From NCBI GenBank assembly GCA_041659065.1, contig JBAZYY010000001.1, forward strand, positions 60,847 through 124,846: a stretch of 64,000 nucleotides of DNA. Reading direction: 5' to 3'. The DNA comes from Parcubacteria group bacterium. Lineage in GTDB: Bacteria > Patescibacteriota > Minisyncoccia > Moranbacterales > UBA11712. The notes beneath the pieces are model-generated. The model ran no database searches. It was not told where the DNA came from and saw only the letters and a list, made by a program, of their open reading frames with translations. This document shows positions 1 to 9,257 of this stretch, one piece after another (the stretch's first letter is position 1; the number at the start of each line of letters is the position of its first letter). A program made the position numbers and the translations under genes.

Positions 1-1
1 C

Positions 2-1570
2 AGTATCGTTGTTTTTTCTGCGGTTTTCTTGTTTATGTTTAGAAATTATCTTCAGATCGCGACTTCAGGAGATAATTTTTTGGATGCCGGGCTTAAATCA
101 GCGGTAAAATATTCAAATGACTCGCTGAGTATTTTTGTCCCTCCAAACTTCCATTCATTCTGGCCGAATGCATTCGCGAAGCTGCGCGACAGCTTTGAAC
201 GCAATTATGACAGCTCCTTCTCAAATTATGCCGGTTACTCGGTTTTGCTTCTTTCTCTTTTTGCGGTTGTCAGCGGCATTCGAAATAGAAAAAAAGCAAA
301 ACAGGTCGGACTAATATTCTGGCTATTCGTGGCGTTGGGATTCTATGTTTTATCGTGGGGGCCTTATCTTCACTATGGGGGTGTCGTTGAACCTCCGATA
401 AAAATGCCCTACTGGCTCATATATAATAATCTGCCCTTCTTTAATAATATCAGGACGGTAGGCAGGCTATTCATTTATTCCATGTTGGGATTTTCCATGC
501 TTGCCGCTTGGGGCGTGGCTTTCTTGCTGGCAAAAACCAGCTCGAAGCGGGAAAACAATATTGAGCCAATCGATAAAAATAATTCATCATTCACCGAGGT
601 AAAAAGAGGCAGTTTTTTGGGATTCAGCCGGCGCTCCCTGATTGTCTATCTCGTCGTTTTCGCGGTGATTATTATCGAATATCTCGCTATTCCACTAAAG
701 GAAAATTCCCTTATGCATTCTTCGTTTTATGAAAAGCTTGGCCAAGACAAAGATAAGTACAGCGTCCTGGAAGTGCCGGGGAGCACGAATTATGATTTTG
801 CTTCGCGCGATCTCGTCTGGAAAAGCATTCATAGAAAAGAAACGATTAATGGGTATGATTTTGCCCGTGTTTCCGACAATAGCTATCTTTTCCAGCGGGG
901 AACGCCAATAATAAGGACGTTGCTGTATGATATTCCGGATGGAATCAATCAGGATAGTGATAGGGACATTATGCGAGATGCCTACTATAGAATTTCAAGC
1001 GAGATCTTAAATTATTATAATATTAGATATGTAATCCTTGATAAGGAAGGACTGAAAGGCGATCCCGCGAAAAATGAGCCGGACAATTTTTATTCAGCCA
1101 GAGCTTATGTCAGAAGTGTCGTGGATTGCGCGGGCGAATATGAAGATGAATATCTCTACGCCTGCGAAATAAATAAAAATGAGAAACCGGAACACATGTA
1201 TTTGGCAATGGACTATTCCAATCCGCACTGGGTCGGAAAGGACAAGGGAAAAGAGGGGATAAGGCGGTTTGCTGAAAATGGTGCTGGTATCAAGCTGGTC
1301 AATATGACCGGCGCGTCTCAGAAAAGCAGCCTGAGCTTAAAGCTAAAACTTTACAAGCCACTTCTTTTTAAGGTCTATCTTAACGGCCAGGAAATGTACA
1401 GCCGCTATATAACGCAGATTTCTGAAAAGGCGCAGATCACGGTTGACCTTCCGCGAATTACTCCGGGGGAAAATAACATAACTTTCGGAGTATTCTCCGC
1501 GGACGGTTCCGAAATTCATTCCGACCAAAAATCCGATACGGCCACTGTATACAGCGTGGGCGTTGAATAA
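2..1570 (+). CDS. Membrane protein, 5'-truncated at window edge. N-terminal TM helices plus a C-terminal soluble domain; possibly the C-terminal part of a GT-C/YfhO-like glycosyltransferase
   Basis: The reading frame is open back to position 2 with no in-frame stop. Hydrophobic segments are followed by a ~300 aa hydrophilic domain. The C-terminal region (YVILDKEGLKG) resembles the C-terminus of the 24880-26745 protein. Confidence 0.5.
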   Translation, partial: SIVVFSAVFLFMFRNYLQIATSGDNFLDAGLKSAVKYSNDSLSIFVPPNFHSFWPNAFAKLRDSFERNYDSSFSNYAGYSVLLLSLFAVVSGIRNRKKAKQVGLIFWLFVALGFYVLSWGPYLHYGGVVEPPIKMPYWLIYNNLPFFNNIRTVGRLFIYSMLGFSMLAAWGVAFLLAKTSSKRENNIEPIDKNNSSFTEVKRGSFLGFSRRSLIVYLVVFAVIIIEYLAIPLKENSLMHSSFYEKLGQDKDKYSVLEVPGSTNYDFASRDLVWKSIHRKETINGYDFARVSDNSYLFQRGTPIIRTLLYDIPDGINQDSDRDIMRDAYYRISSEILNYYNIRYVILDKEGLKGDPAKNEPDNFYSARAYVRSVVDCAGEYEDEYLYACEINKNEKPEHMYLAMDYSNPHWVGKDKGKEGIRRFAENGAGIKLVNMTGASQKSSLSLKLKLYKPLLFKVYLNGQEMYSRYITQISEKAQITVDLPRITPGENNITFGVFSADGSEIHSDQKSDTATVYSVGVE

Positions 1571-1642
1571 ATTCGTGGTGTCAAGTCAGGTCGTTTCGCA
1601 GCGCAAATAAACAGGCAAATCTATGGACATCCGCCTGTTTTT

Positions 1643-1651
1643 TTGCTATAA
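1643..1651 (+). promoter_or_regulatory. Extended -10 element TGCTATAAT 7 nt upstream of the thpR ATG (leaderless-type promoter)
   Basis: TTTTTTTGCTATAATTTAGCTATG, with no room for a Shine-Dalgarno sequence. Confidence 0.4.
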
Positions 1652-1658
1652 TTTAGCT

Positions 1659-2207
1659 ATGCAAAGGCGCTTGTTTATTGCAATTTCAGTACCAGAAAAT
1701 ATCAAAAAGCGTGTTTTCAGGCTGATTGAAAGGGAATACGAAAATCTGCCTGTAAGGTGGGTCAGGCCTGAAAATTTTCATCTCACGCTCAATTTTTTGG
1801 GCTATGTTCCTGAAGAAAAAATTCCCGAAATTTGCAAATCCTTGGAAGCTGTGGCGTCGGATAAGCCCGCGTTTGATATCGACTTCACTGAGATTTGCGT
1901 TGGACCCACCGAAGCGGTGAAAAAAATGATTTGGGTGAAAGGCGGACAGAATAATAGTTTGGACGCGTTAAGATATTCTTTAGATCGCGAACTGCACTAT
2001 TCTTCGCGGGAAAAAAATAAATTTATTCCTCATTTGACATTCGGGCGTATCAAGAGGACTCTTTGGAACAAATTAAAACCGCAGCCGCAGATCGAAAGGG
2101 AATTTAAATTTTTACTGCCTGTTTCAAATGTTGATCTGATGGAGAGCAGATACGAAAAAGGAAAGAGGACGTATTATTGCTTGGCGAGCTTTGTTTTAAA
2201 TGGATAA
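1659..2207 (+). CDS. thpR: RNA 2',3'-cyclic phosphodiesterase (2H phosphoesterase, ThpR/LigT family)
   Basis: Two H-x-T/S-x motifs (HLTLNFLG and HLTFGRI) with typical spacing, ~180 aa. Start chosen at the internal Met (MQRRLFIAISVPENIKK) to match the family N-terminus. TGCTATAAT lies immediately upstream. Confidence 0.8.
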   Translation: MQRRLFIAISVPENIKKRVFRLIEREYENLPVRWVRPENFHLTLNFLGYVPEEKIPEICKSLEAVASDKPAFDIDFTEICVGPTEAVKKMIWVKGGQNNSLDALRYSLDRELHYSSREKNKFIPHLTFGRIKRTLWNKLKPQPQIEREFKFLLPVSNVDLMESRYEKGKRTYYCLASFVLNG

Positions 2208-2243
2208 TGCCTTGAAAAAGTCGGTTGTAATCCGGACAATAAA

Positions 2244-2957
2244 ATGAGAATTCTCGGCGTAAGAATCGATAATTATCCCAAAGATCAAATCGTTCGCCTG
2301 ATTGACGATGCAATTTCCGGTTCAAGTCCCGGACAAAAATTCATAGTAACGCTTAACCCGGAAATTATTCTGAAAGCCCGCGCGAATGCTGAATATAAGC
2401 GAATACTAAATTCGTCCGATCTCAACGTTTGTGACGGCTTCGGGGTCAAACTGGTTTCGTTTTTGAAGAGGGATAAAATAAGGGCAAGAATCGCCGGAGC
2501 AGATTTAGTCGATCACACGCTTAAGAAAGCCGCAGGGTGCGGATCCGAAGTATTGGTCATTGTCCGAACTGATAGCTTAAGCAGGCCGGAGGAGATCGAG
2601 AAGGAAGTGCGGGATAAATATGGGATGAGTATAGCAGCTGAATATTGCGGGAATGGTTGTGAAATAAAAGACTCGACAGCTCAAAGGGCGGAAATAGTAT
2701 TTGTTAATTTTGGGGCCCCGGAACAGGAAAGTTATATTTTTAACAATAAAGAAAAATTTCCCCGAGCCAAAATTTTGGTCGGAGTGGGGGGCACGTTTGA
2801 TTTTATCACCGAAAAAATAAGAAGAGCTCCCAAAATCTTAAGAAGTATTGGCTTGGAATGGCTCTGGCGGCTGTTGCAAGAGCCAAAAAGGTTGCGAAGA
2901 ATCATAAACGCAGTGGTTGTATTTCCGATAATCGCCCTAACAAGTTCAAAAGAATAA
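2244..2957 (+). CDS. WecB/TagA/CpsF-family glycosyltransferase (GT26)
   Basis: Family-typical motifs: N-terminal GVRIDNY, GFGV, PEQE and C-terminal WLWRLLQEPKRLRR. Confidence 0.8.
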   Translation: MRILGVRIDNYPKDQIVRLIDDAISGSSPGQKFIVTLNPEIILKARANAEYKRILNSSDLNVCDGFGVKLVSFLKRDKIRARIAGADLVDHTLKKAAGCGSEVLVIVRTDSLSRPEEIEKEVRDKYGMSIAAEYCGNGCEIKDSTAQRAEIVFVNFGAPEQESYIFNNKEKFPRAKILVGVGGTFDFITEKIRRAPKILRSIGLEWLWRLLQEPKRLRRIINAVVVFPIIALTSSKE

Positions 2958-2959
2958 AC

Positions 2960-3697
2960 ATGCCAAAACAAAAAATATTTATTCCAATTGCGTCGCTTAT
3001 TTTAGGCCTGTTTATTGTCTGGGGCTTGACATTTTTCAATTGGACGCCAGCGACATCTTATTTGGCTTATGCTATATTGGTAATTTTTTTTCTAGGAACT
3101 CTTGTATCGAACCAGCAATATGAAGAAGATAAAGTCGCAAAAATCCAAAGGATTATGGGCGCATTTCTTCTGTCGTATATTTTTTATTTCCGGCTGCTTT
3201 ACGCGCCCATCAGCCGTTTTTTCTTCGAGAATCTGATCAGCAAAGTTTCTTTTTTTTCCGATCTGCTGACGCTCTTTCTTTTCCTGATTTTTTTCTTTCT
3301 TTTCGGGACGACTTTCCTGGTCATTAACAGCTACGCTCGTTTCGGCTTTCTTTCCGAATGGCGAATCTTTAACAATTTACGCGCTTATTATGCGTTTCGG
3401 ATTCTTTTTTTCACAATGTTTCTTGCGTTCATAATGCTCTACGCGCGCAACTCATTTTTTTCAATCAATAACTCTTTCTATCTGAATAAAATTCTGGGTC
3501 CTGCTACATGCAACTGGACTTATGTGAGTTATCAGAATTTTCTTTCCACGGGGAAGGAAAAGCAGGGGAGAGACGTCTGTTTATACAATTACGCTCAAGA
3601 TAGGAATGATGTTAAGTATTGCAATTTAATTTTTGATCCGGATGTCGAAAGCCAATGCCTTGAATATTTTAATCCCGGCTCAAGCGTTCAAGAATGA
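2960..3697 (+). CDS. Polytopic membrane protein with Cys-containing C-terminal tail, unknown function
   Basis: Multiple hydrophobic helices. Start set at the ATG at 2960 because the longer ORF overlaps the upstream gene. The 3' end overlaps the gltX start (ATGA). Confidence 0.5.
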   Translation: MPKQKIFIPIASLILGLFIVWGLTFFNWTPATSYLAYAILVIFFLGTLVSNQQYEEDKVAKIQRIMGAFLLSYIFYFRLLYAPISRFFFENLISKVSFFSDLLTLFLFLIFFFLFGTTFLVINSYARFGFLSEWRIFNNLRAYYAFRILFFTMFLAFIMLYARNSFFSINNSFYLNKILGPATCNWTYVSYQNFLSTGKEKQGRDVCLYNYAQDRNDVKYCNLIFDPDVESQCLEYFNPGSSVQE

Positions 3698-5202
3698 CAT
3701 TAAATAATCTCAAAAAACCTAGAGTAAGATTCGCGCCGAGTCCCACCGGCTATCTTCATATTGGGGGCCTCCGAACGGCGCTCTATGATTTTCTTTACGC
3801 CAAAAAAAACGGGGGAGATTACTATTTGCGGATCGAAGATACGGATCAGAAACGACTAGTGCCAGATGCTATCGCCAAACTGATTGAATCGCTAAAATGG
3901 GCGGGAATAATGCATGACGAAGGCGTATTTATTAGCCAAAAGGGAGATATCATTGAAGAAGGGCAGTATGGGCCGTACATTCAATCCAAAAGGATTAAAT
4001 TATATCAAAAATACGCTCATGAGCTAATAAAAAAGGGGAAGGCATACTACTGTTTTTGTAGTCCAGAACGACTTAGTTCATTGCGCTCCATTCAGGAAAA
4101 AGCAAAAATTGCGCCAGCCTATGACAAGCTATGTTTGCGTACGGTTTCACAAGAAGCTGCAGAAGATCGCATAAAAAATGGCGAAAAATATGTGATCCGT
4201 TTCGACGTTCCTGAATCTGGCGAGACAGAATTTGACGATGTTGTTAGGGGAAGAGTTCGATTTGCCAATAAAAATTTGGATGATTGCGTTATCTTAAAAT
4301 CTGATGGCTTTCCGACTTATCATCTGGCGCATGTAGTGGATGATCATCTAATGAAAACTTCTCTGGTTTTACGCGCAGAGGAGTGGCTTCCTAGCGCACC
4401 CAAACACATTTTGCTATTTAAAGCATTCGGCTGGGAGCCAACTCAATATGGGCATCTAAGCGCCATATTAAATAAGCAAACGAAAAAAAAGCTTTCAAAA
4501 CGAGACGGGGATGTAAGTGTTGAAGATTTTAAAAAGAAAGGATACTTGCCAGAAGCAGTGATAAATTTTATTGCCCTACTCGGTTGGAATCCAAAGACAG
4601 AACAGGAAATTTTCACCTTGCCTGAGCTAATTGAGCAGTTTGATGAAAAAAAACTTAATAAAGCGGGCGCGATTTTTGATTTGGAAAAGCTGGATTGGAT
4701 GAACGGACTTTATATCCGCGAAAAAAACATCAAAGAGCTGGTTGACCTTTGCCGGCCGTATCTCGAACCCTCCTTCGCCAAGGCTACGGAGGGCAAGAAA
4801 TTACCCGATGATTATCTTGAAAAAATTGTGAGCGTGGAAAGAGAGCGGATGAAAAAACTTTCTGACATCGCTGAGAATGCTGATTTTTATTTTAAGCAGC
4901 CGACATACGAAAAAGATCTGTTGATTTGGAAAAAAATGAAAGGCGCAGAACTCATTGAATCCCTGCGGAGATCCTTAACGGCGCTGGATGGCATTCCGGA
5001 TAATAAATGGAACATAGAAAATTTAAGCAGTATTTTATTGGAGGCAGCTGATCCCAAAAATAGGGGAGCGCTTCTGTGGCCCCTTCGAGTGGCTCTTACC
5101 GGTGAAAAGAGAAGTCCTTCACCCTTTGAGGTGGCATGGGCGATAGGACGCGTGGAGAGCATTAAAAGGATACGTAAAGCTATAAGTTTAGCGGAAAAAT
5201 AA
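3694..5202 (+). CDS. gltX: Glutamate--tRNA ligase
   Basis: HIGH motif (PTGYLHIGGLRTA) and KMSKS-like KLSKRDG; class I aaRS length. Confidence 0.9.
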   Translation: MTLNNLKKPRVRFAPSPTGYLHIGGLRTALYDFLYAKKNGGDYYLRIEDTDQKRLVPDAIAKLIESLKWAGIMHDEGVFISQKGDIIEEGQYGPYIQSKRIKLYQKYAHELIKKGKAYYCFCSPERLSSLRSIQEKAKIAPAYDKLCLRTVSQEAAEDRIKNGEKYVIRFDVPESGETEFDDVVRGRVRFANKNLDDCVILKSDGFPTYHLAHVVDDHLMKTSLVLRAEEWLPSAPKHILLFKAFGWEPTQYGHLSAILNKQTKKKLSKRDGDVSVEDFKKKGYLPEAVINFIALLGWNPKTEQEIFTLPELIEQFDEKKLNKAGAIFDLEKLDWMNGLYIREKNIKELVDLCRPYLEPSFAKATEGKKLPDDYLEKIVSVERERMKKLSDIAENADFYFKQPTYEKDLLIWKKMKGAELIESLRRSLTALDGIPDNKWNIENLSSILLEAADPKNRGALLWPLRVALTGEKRSPSPFEVAWAIGRVESIKRIRKAISLAEK

Positions 5203-5208
5203 AATTTA

Positions 5209-6570
5209 GTGAATACAAAAAAATTAAAATTTAAAGTTAAAAATTTAAAGTTTTGGCGCCGCTACGCTACGACTATTTTTTATATTTTTCTGGTAGCGAT
5301 ATCTCTATATTGCGTTAAATACAGGACATTTGCTCAGAGCGTAAATACTTCAACCAACAGCAGCTCTACGGATAACCAACAAATTATTCAGGACAAGCAG
5401 CAGCAAATTAAGGACCTTAAGCAAAAGGAAGAGACGTACCGGCAGATGATCGATCTCAAGCAAGATAAGGCTCAAACGCTTGAAAATCAGATATCACTGA
5501 TGGAAAGTCAAATTTCATCCCTGGAAAATGATATTGCCGCATTGCAAAATCAAATCGATAAGACCACGCTTGATATTAATGATCTTGAAGGGAAAGTGGG
5601 GGAAAGAGAAGCGGAAATTGGGCAGCGAAAAGAAATTCTATCCCAACTAATCCAGTCTTATTATGAAAATAATCAGGATCCGGCGATGGAGATAGTTTTG
5701 CGGAACGCGAGTTTTTCGGAATTTTTAAGTCAGTCTGATTATATTTCGCAAACGGGAGTAAAAATGGATAATGTTTTGGCCGGGGTAGTGGAAATAAAAA
5801 ATCAACTTGAAAGCGAAAAAAAGGAGCTGGAAATCAAGAACGCGGAACAAAAGGAGCAGCAGGGCAAAATCTTGGAAAAGCAATCATATCTCGATAATGA
5901 ACAAGAATCCAAAAAACAACTACTTGATCAGACGCATGGGGAGGAGCTTAAGTATCAAGATCTCTTGTCACGAGTCGAACAGCAAAAGCAAGAACTATTG
6001 GGAGATATTGATGAATTAAGCCAAGAAAAAAGTTCCGATCTGGCTGCGGTTGAAGCAACTATTGAGAAGCCAAAATCCGGCCTGGCTTCCACAAAATGGT
6101 ATTTTTCGCAGCGCGATTCGCGTTGGGGTGACCAGCATATCGGTTTTTCAAGTACCCTTATGAAAAGTTACGGGTGCGCGGTAACGGCGATATCCATGGT
6201 GCTCAAGTATCATGGGATCGGTATCGACCCGGGCGTAATGGCCCAGCAGTCAATTTTCTATCATGACTTGATTGTTTGGCCGAAACAATGGAAAGGAGTC
6301 CAACTGGTTTCTTCCACGGGTCATGGAAACATTGAGTGGGATGTTGTTGATCAAGAAATAAAAAATAAAAATCCGGTGATAGTATTTGTAAAAGCCACCA
6401 AAAGGGGAGCGGGGCACTATGTGGTGATTCATGACAAAGATAAAAACGGCGAGTATGTCGTGCACGATCCATACTGGGGGGACAATATTTTTCTGAGTTC
6501 GACACGGGCATATGTCGGCGCGCTTTATAACAGCCCGACTGCGATTGATCAAATGATCATCTATCATTAA
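5209..6570 (+). CDS. PcsB-like cell-wall hydrolase: signal anchor, long Q/E/K-rich coiled coil, C-terminal papain-like (peptidase C39-like/CHAP-like) domain
   Basis: GTG start; N-terminal TM segment; ~270 aa coiled coil; C-terminal domain carries a catalytic-Cys motif (SYGCAVTAISMVL) and a downstream His (HYVVIHD). Confidence 0.65.
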   Translation: MNTKKLKFKVKNLKFWRRYATTIFYIFLVAISLYCVKYRTFAQSVNTSTNSSSTDNQQIIQDKQQQIKDLKQKEETYRQMIDLKQDKAQTLENQISLMESQISSLENDIAALQNQIDKTTLDINDLEGKVGEREAEIGQRKEILSQLIQSYYENNQDPAMEIVLRNASFSEFLSQSDYISQTGVKMDNVLAGVVEIKNQLESEKKELEIKNAEQKEQQGKILEKQSYLDNEQESKKQLLDQTHGEELKYQDLLSRVEQQKQELLGDIDELSQEKSSDLAAVEATIEKPKSGLASTKWYFSQRDSRWGDQHIGFSSTLMKSYGCAVTAISMVLKYHGIGIDPGVMAQQSIFYHDLIVWPKQWKGVQLVSSTGHGNIEWDVVDQEIKNKNPVIVFVKATKRGAGHYVVIHDKDKNGEYVVHDPYWGDNIFLSSTRAYVGALYNSPTAIDQMIIYH

Positions 6571-6602
6571 ACCACGCTTAAAATTTATTTTCTTAATTTT
6601 CA

Positions 6603-7169
6603 GTGAAAGAAAAAAAACGAGGACTCTATAAATTATTATCAAGAAAAAAGATTTATCAGAATCCTTGGCTGGCTGTTCGTGAAGACCGCGTTCTTCGTCC
6701 AGGTGGAGACCAAGGTGTTTTCGGGGTCGTGGAAATGCAAGCTGGATCCACAATCCTTGCGATCAACGACAAGAATGAAGCTTATGTCGCCAAGGAGTAT
6801 AAGTATGCTATTGATCGAAATTCCGTCGAGCTGATAAGTGGGGGTATTAATAAAGGCGAGTCTCCGCTCGCAGCGGCAAAGCGAGAACTGAAAGAAGAAG
6901 CTGGCCTAAGAGCCGCTAGGTGGATTAGTTTGGGGGTCGTTGATCCTTTTACGACGATCGTGAAGTCACCGAATTATATGTTTTTGGCGTTAGACGTGAC
7001 GGAGGGAGTCAGGTGTCTCGACAAAGGAGAGATATTAAAAGTCATTAAAGTGCCCTTAGTAAAGGTCGTGGATATGGTTATAAAAAGTAGAATTACTCAT
7101 TCGGCGAGTTGTGTCTGTGTATTGAAGGCGAAAGAGTATCTGGCGGGAAAGAGGTCCAATGTCGCATAA
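6603..7169 (+). CDS. Nudix hydrolase (ADP-ribose pyrophosphatase-like)
   Basis: Nudix box GGINKGESPLAAAKRELKEEAGL; GTG start. Confidence 0.8.
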   Translation: MKEKKRGLYKLLSRKKIYQNPWLAVREDRVLRPGGDQGVFGVVEMQAGSTILAINDKNEAYVAKEYKYAIDRNSVELISGGINKGESPLAAAKRELKEEAGLRAARWISLGVVDPFTTIVKSPNYMFLALDVTEGVRCLDKGEILKVIKVPLVKVVDMVIKSRITHSASCVCVLKAKEYLAGKRSNVA

Positions 7170-7271
7170 GCTACATTGTGCGACATTGCCTATGCACCTC
7201 AACCGCTCCTTCCCTCTCAAAAAATAATGAATAAAATAAAATATTTTTAAAATATATTTTCTTATTCTTTT

Positions 7272-7312
7272 AACAAAAACCTCCGCTTCTCTTCCGGGAG
7301 CGGAGGTCTTAT
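7272..7312. terminator. Hairpin terminator between convergent Nudix and nifU genes
   Basis: CCTCCGCT...AGCGGAGG stem with an A-run on the plus strand and a T-run on the minus strand. Confidence 0.55.
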
Positions 7313-7336
7313 ATATAGGAGACGGTATAAATAAAT

Positions 7337-7768
7337 TTATTTTTTCTTCTTTACGTTCATACTCGTCTTCTTTCTCGGCGTTGATTTTTGCGGCTTCCCT
7401 TGGTAGTCCTCTATAGCTCGTTTTAAAGCGTCTGCTGCCAAATTTGAACAGTGCATTTTAGCCGGAGGCAGGCCCTCGAGGTTTTCAGCTACGTCGTTGC
7501 GGGTTATGTTCTGGGCGCTCTTCAGATCTTTTCCTTTTGCCATTTGAGTGATCATGGACGACGTCGCGATCGCAGCTGCGCATCCCAAAGTTTCAAATTT
7601 TATATCGGAGATGGTTTCTTCTCCCTGCTTATCCTTTTTTACTTTGATATAGACGGTCATAATATCGCCGCAGGATGGATTTCCCACACTGCCAACGCCA
7701 TCCGGATTTTTTATCCGGCCTTGGTTCTTCGGGTTCATAAAATTATCCATAACAATTTTCGAATACAT
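7337..7768 (-). CDS. nifU: Fe-S cluster assembly scaffold (NifU/IscU-like) with Lys-rich C-terminal tail
   Basis: Three conserved Cys (GNPSCGD, LGCAAA, HCSNLA), ~125 aa core, then a KKKK tail. Confidence 0.85.
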   Translation of the reverse strand: MYSKIVMDNFMNPKNQGRIKNPDGVGSVGNPSCGDIMTVYIKVKKDKQGEETISDIKFETLGCAAAIATSSMITQMAKGKDLKSAQNITRNDVAENLEGLPPAKMHCSNLAADALKRAIEDYQGKPQKSTPRKKTSMNVKKKK

Positions 7769-7803
7769 TTTTTGGTATTTAGTGCTTAGGGATTGGTATT
7801 TAG

Positions 7804-9012
7804 TTATGCATGCTTCCCTGCTATTTTTCTCAATTTGATAATGACCTCTTTCAGGGAATCAATAAAATAATCGATCTCCAGCTTTGTCGTATATTTTCCC
7901 AAGGTGACTCGCAGGCTGCCATGGCTTTCCTCTTCTGGAAGTCCGATTGCTTTGAGGACATGAGACGATTGGAGATTCCCCGCGGAACAAGCGCTTCCGG
8001 TTGAAACTGCGATTCCCTTAATATCCAAGCCCAGAAGAATTCCCTCCCCCTCAACATCTTGAAAAGTGAAGTTTGCGTTATTTGGACTTCGTTTTGTTTT
8101 ATCTCCATTAAGCTTCACGCCTCTGATTTCTTTTGTGATCCTTAAGATTAAATGGTTTCTCATCTTCTCAACGATTTTGGAAACCTTGTTGCGTTGTTTG
8201 TCGGCAAGCGCTATGGCTGATCCCAGCCCGACTATCCCGGGAACATTATGAGTTCCCGCGCGCATATTGAATTCGTGGCCTCCTCCGTCTTGGATTCTTT
8301 TTAGAGGGGTATTTTTTCTGATATAGAGGCATCCAATGCCTTTGGGGCCGTATATTTTATGGGCTGACATGGAAAGCAAATCGACACCCAGGCTGTCAAC
8401 CTTGCAGTCCAGGTAATTTATGGCTTGGGTGGCATCCGTGTGAAAGTATATCTTACTATGCTTCCCGGAAACATTGATTTCAGAAAGGAGCTTTCCGACT
8501 TCCTTGATCGGCTGGATTGTCCCGATTTCGTTGTTCACATACATAATGCTGACTAAGATGGTTCCCGGTTTGATTGATTTTTTAACATCTTGAATATTAA
8601 CTAGCCCGTTTTTTCCCACTGGCAAATAGGTTATCTCGGCCATCCCCTGTTCCTCAATCTTTCGACAAGCATTCAGAACGCAGGAGTGTTCAAATTGCGT
8701 AGTAATGACGTGTGGCATGCCGACATTCTCGTCTTTCTTGGCGCTGGCAAGAGTAATGCCCTTTATCGCCAAGTTATTGCTTTCGGTGGCTCCAGACGTA
8801 AAAATTATTTCGGACGACTCACAGCCAAAAAAATCAGCCGTCTGTTTTCGGGACTTTTCAACCGCGTCATTCGCTTCCCGCCCGAAGGAATGAAGAGACA
8901 TCGGATTGCCGAATTTTTGCGAAAAAAACGGCCGCATCGCAGAAAAAACAGCCAGGTCTACAGGTGTTGTTGCGGCGTAATCAAGATAAATTCTTCGCTT
9001 TGCCATATCCAA
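7804..9012 (-). CDS. nifS: Cysteine desulfurase (class V aminotransferase, NifS/IscS)
   Basis: PLP-Lys motif SMSAHKIYGPKGIG and active-site Cys region STGSACS; ~400 aa. Confidence 0.9.
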   Translation of the reverse strand: MDMAKRRIYLDYAATTPVDLAVFSAMRPFFSQKFGNPMSLHSFGREANDAVEKSRKQTADFFGCESSEIIFTSGATESNNLAIKGITLASAKKDENVGMPHVITTQFEHSCVLNACRKIEEQGMAEITYLPVGKNGLVNIQDVKKSIKPGTILVSIMYVNNEIGTIQPIKEVGKLLSEINVSGKHSKIYFHTDATQAINYLDCKVDSLGVDLLSMSAHKIYGPKGIGCLYIRKNTPLKRIQDGGGHEFNMRAGTHNVPGIVGLGSAIALADKQRNKVSKIVEKMRNHLILRITKEIRGVKLNGDKTKRSPNNANFTFQDVEGEGILLGLDIKGIAVSTGSACSAGNLQSSHVLKAIGLPEEESHGSLRVTLGKYTTKLEIDYFIDSLKEVIIKLRKIAGKHA

Positions 9013-9162
9013 TAGTAGAATTCTGATCTATAGTTTATAGAAATTTTATAGACATAATCCTAAATTCATTTATATTCTGCCCGATATATTGCATTATTTT
9101 GATCAAGAATTAATCAAAATTTCACTACCGGACATACAATATTATACTATTCCCTATCGCGA

Positions 9163-9176
9163 ATTCTTGCAAGAAT
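9163..9176. promoter_or_regulatory. Perfect 14-bp palindrome ATTCTTGCAAGAAT in the divergent nifS / nuclease promoter region
   Basis: Read directly from the sequence. A second palindrome TTGATCAA lies at 9099-9106. Confidence 0.35.
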
Positions 9177-9257
9177 GCTAAGGGTAAGTTAAATTAACTA
9201 GGGTCGGCAAGGTCTTCACCTAAATTTTAAGAACCGGCATTCTAAAATATAAATATT

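Noticed and set aside
1623-1658. ATG at 1623 as the thpR start
   Set aside because: Family N-termini begin at the Met of MQRRLFIAI. The extra 12 codons contain the TGCTATAAT -10 element.
2858-2959. Longer start for the membrane protein at 2858
   Set aside because: It overlaps the 3' end of the WecB/TagA gene by 100 nt. The ATG at 2960 begins right at the hydrophobic N-terminus.
5807-6019. 70 aa Lys/Arg-rich plus-strand ORF inside the PcsB-like gene
   Set aside because: It is an alternative-frame artefact of the AAG/GAA-rich coiled-coil coding region.
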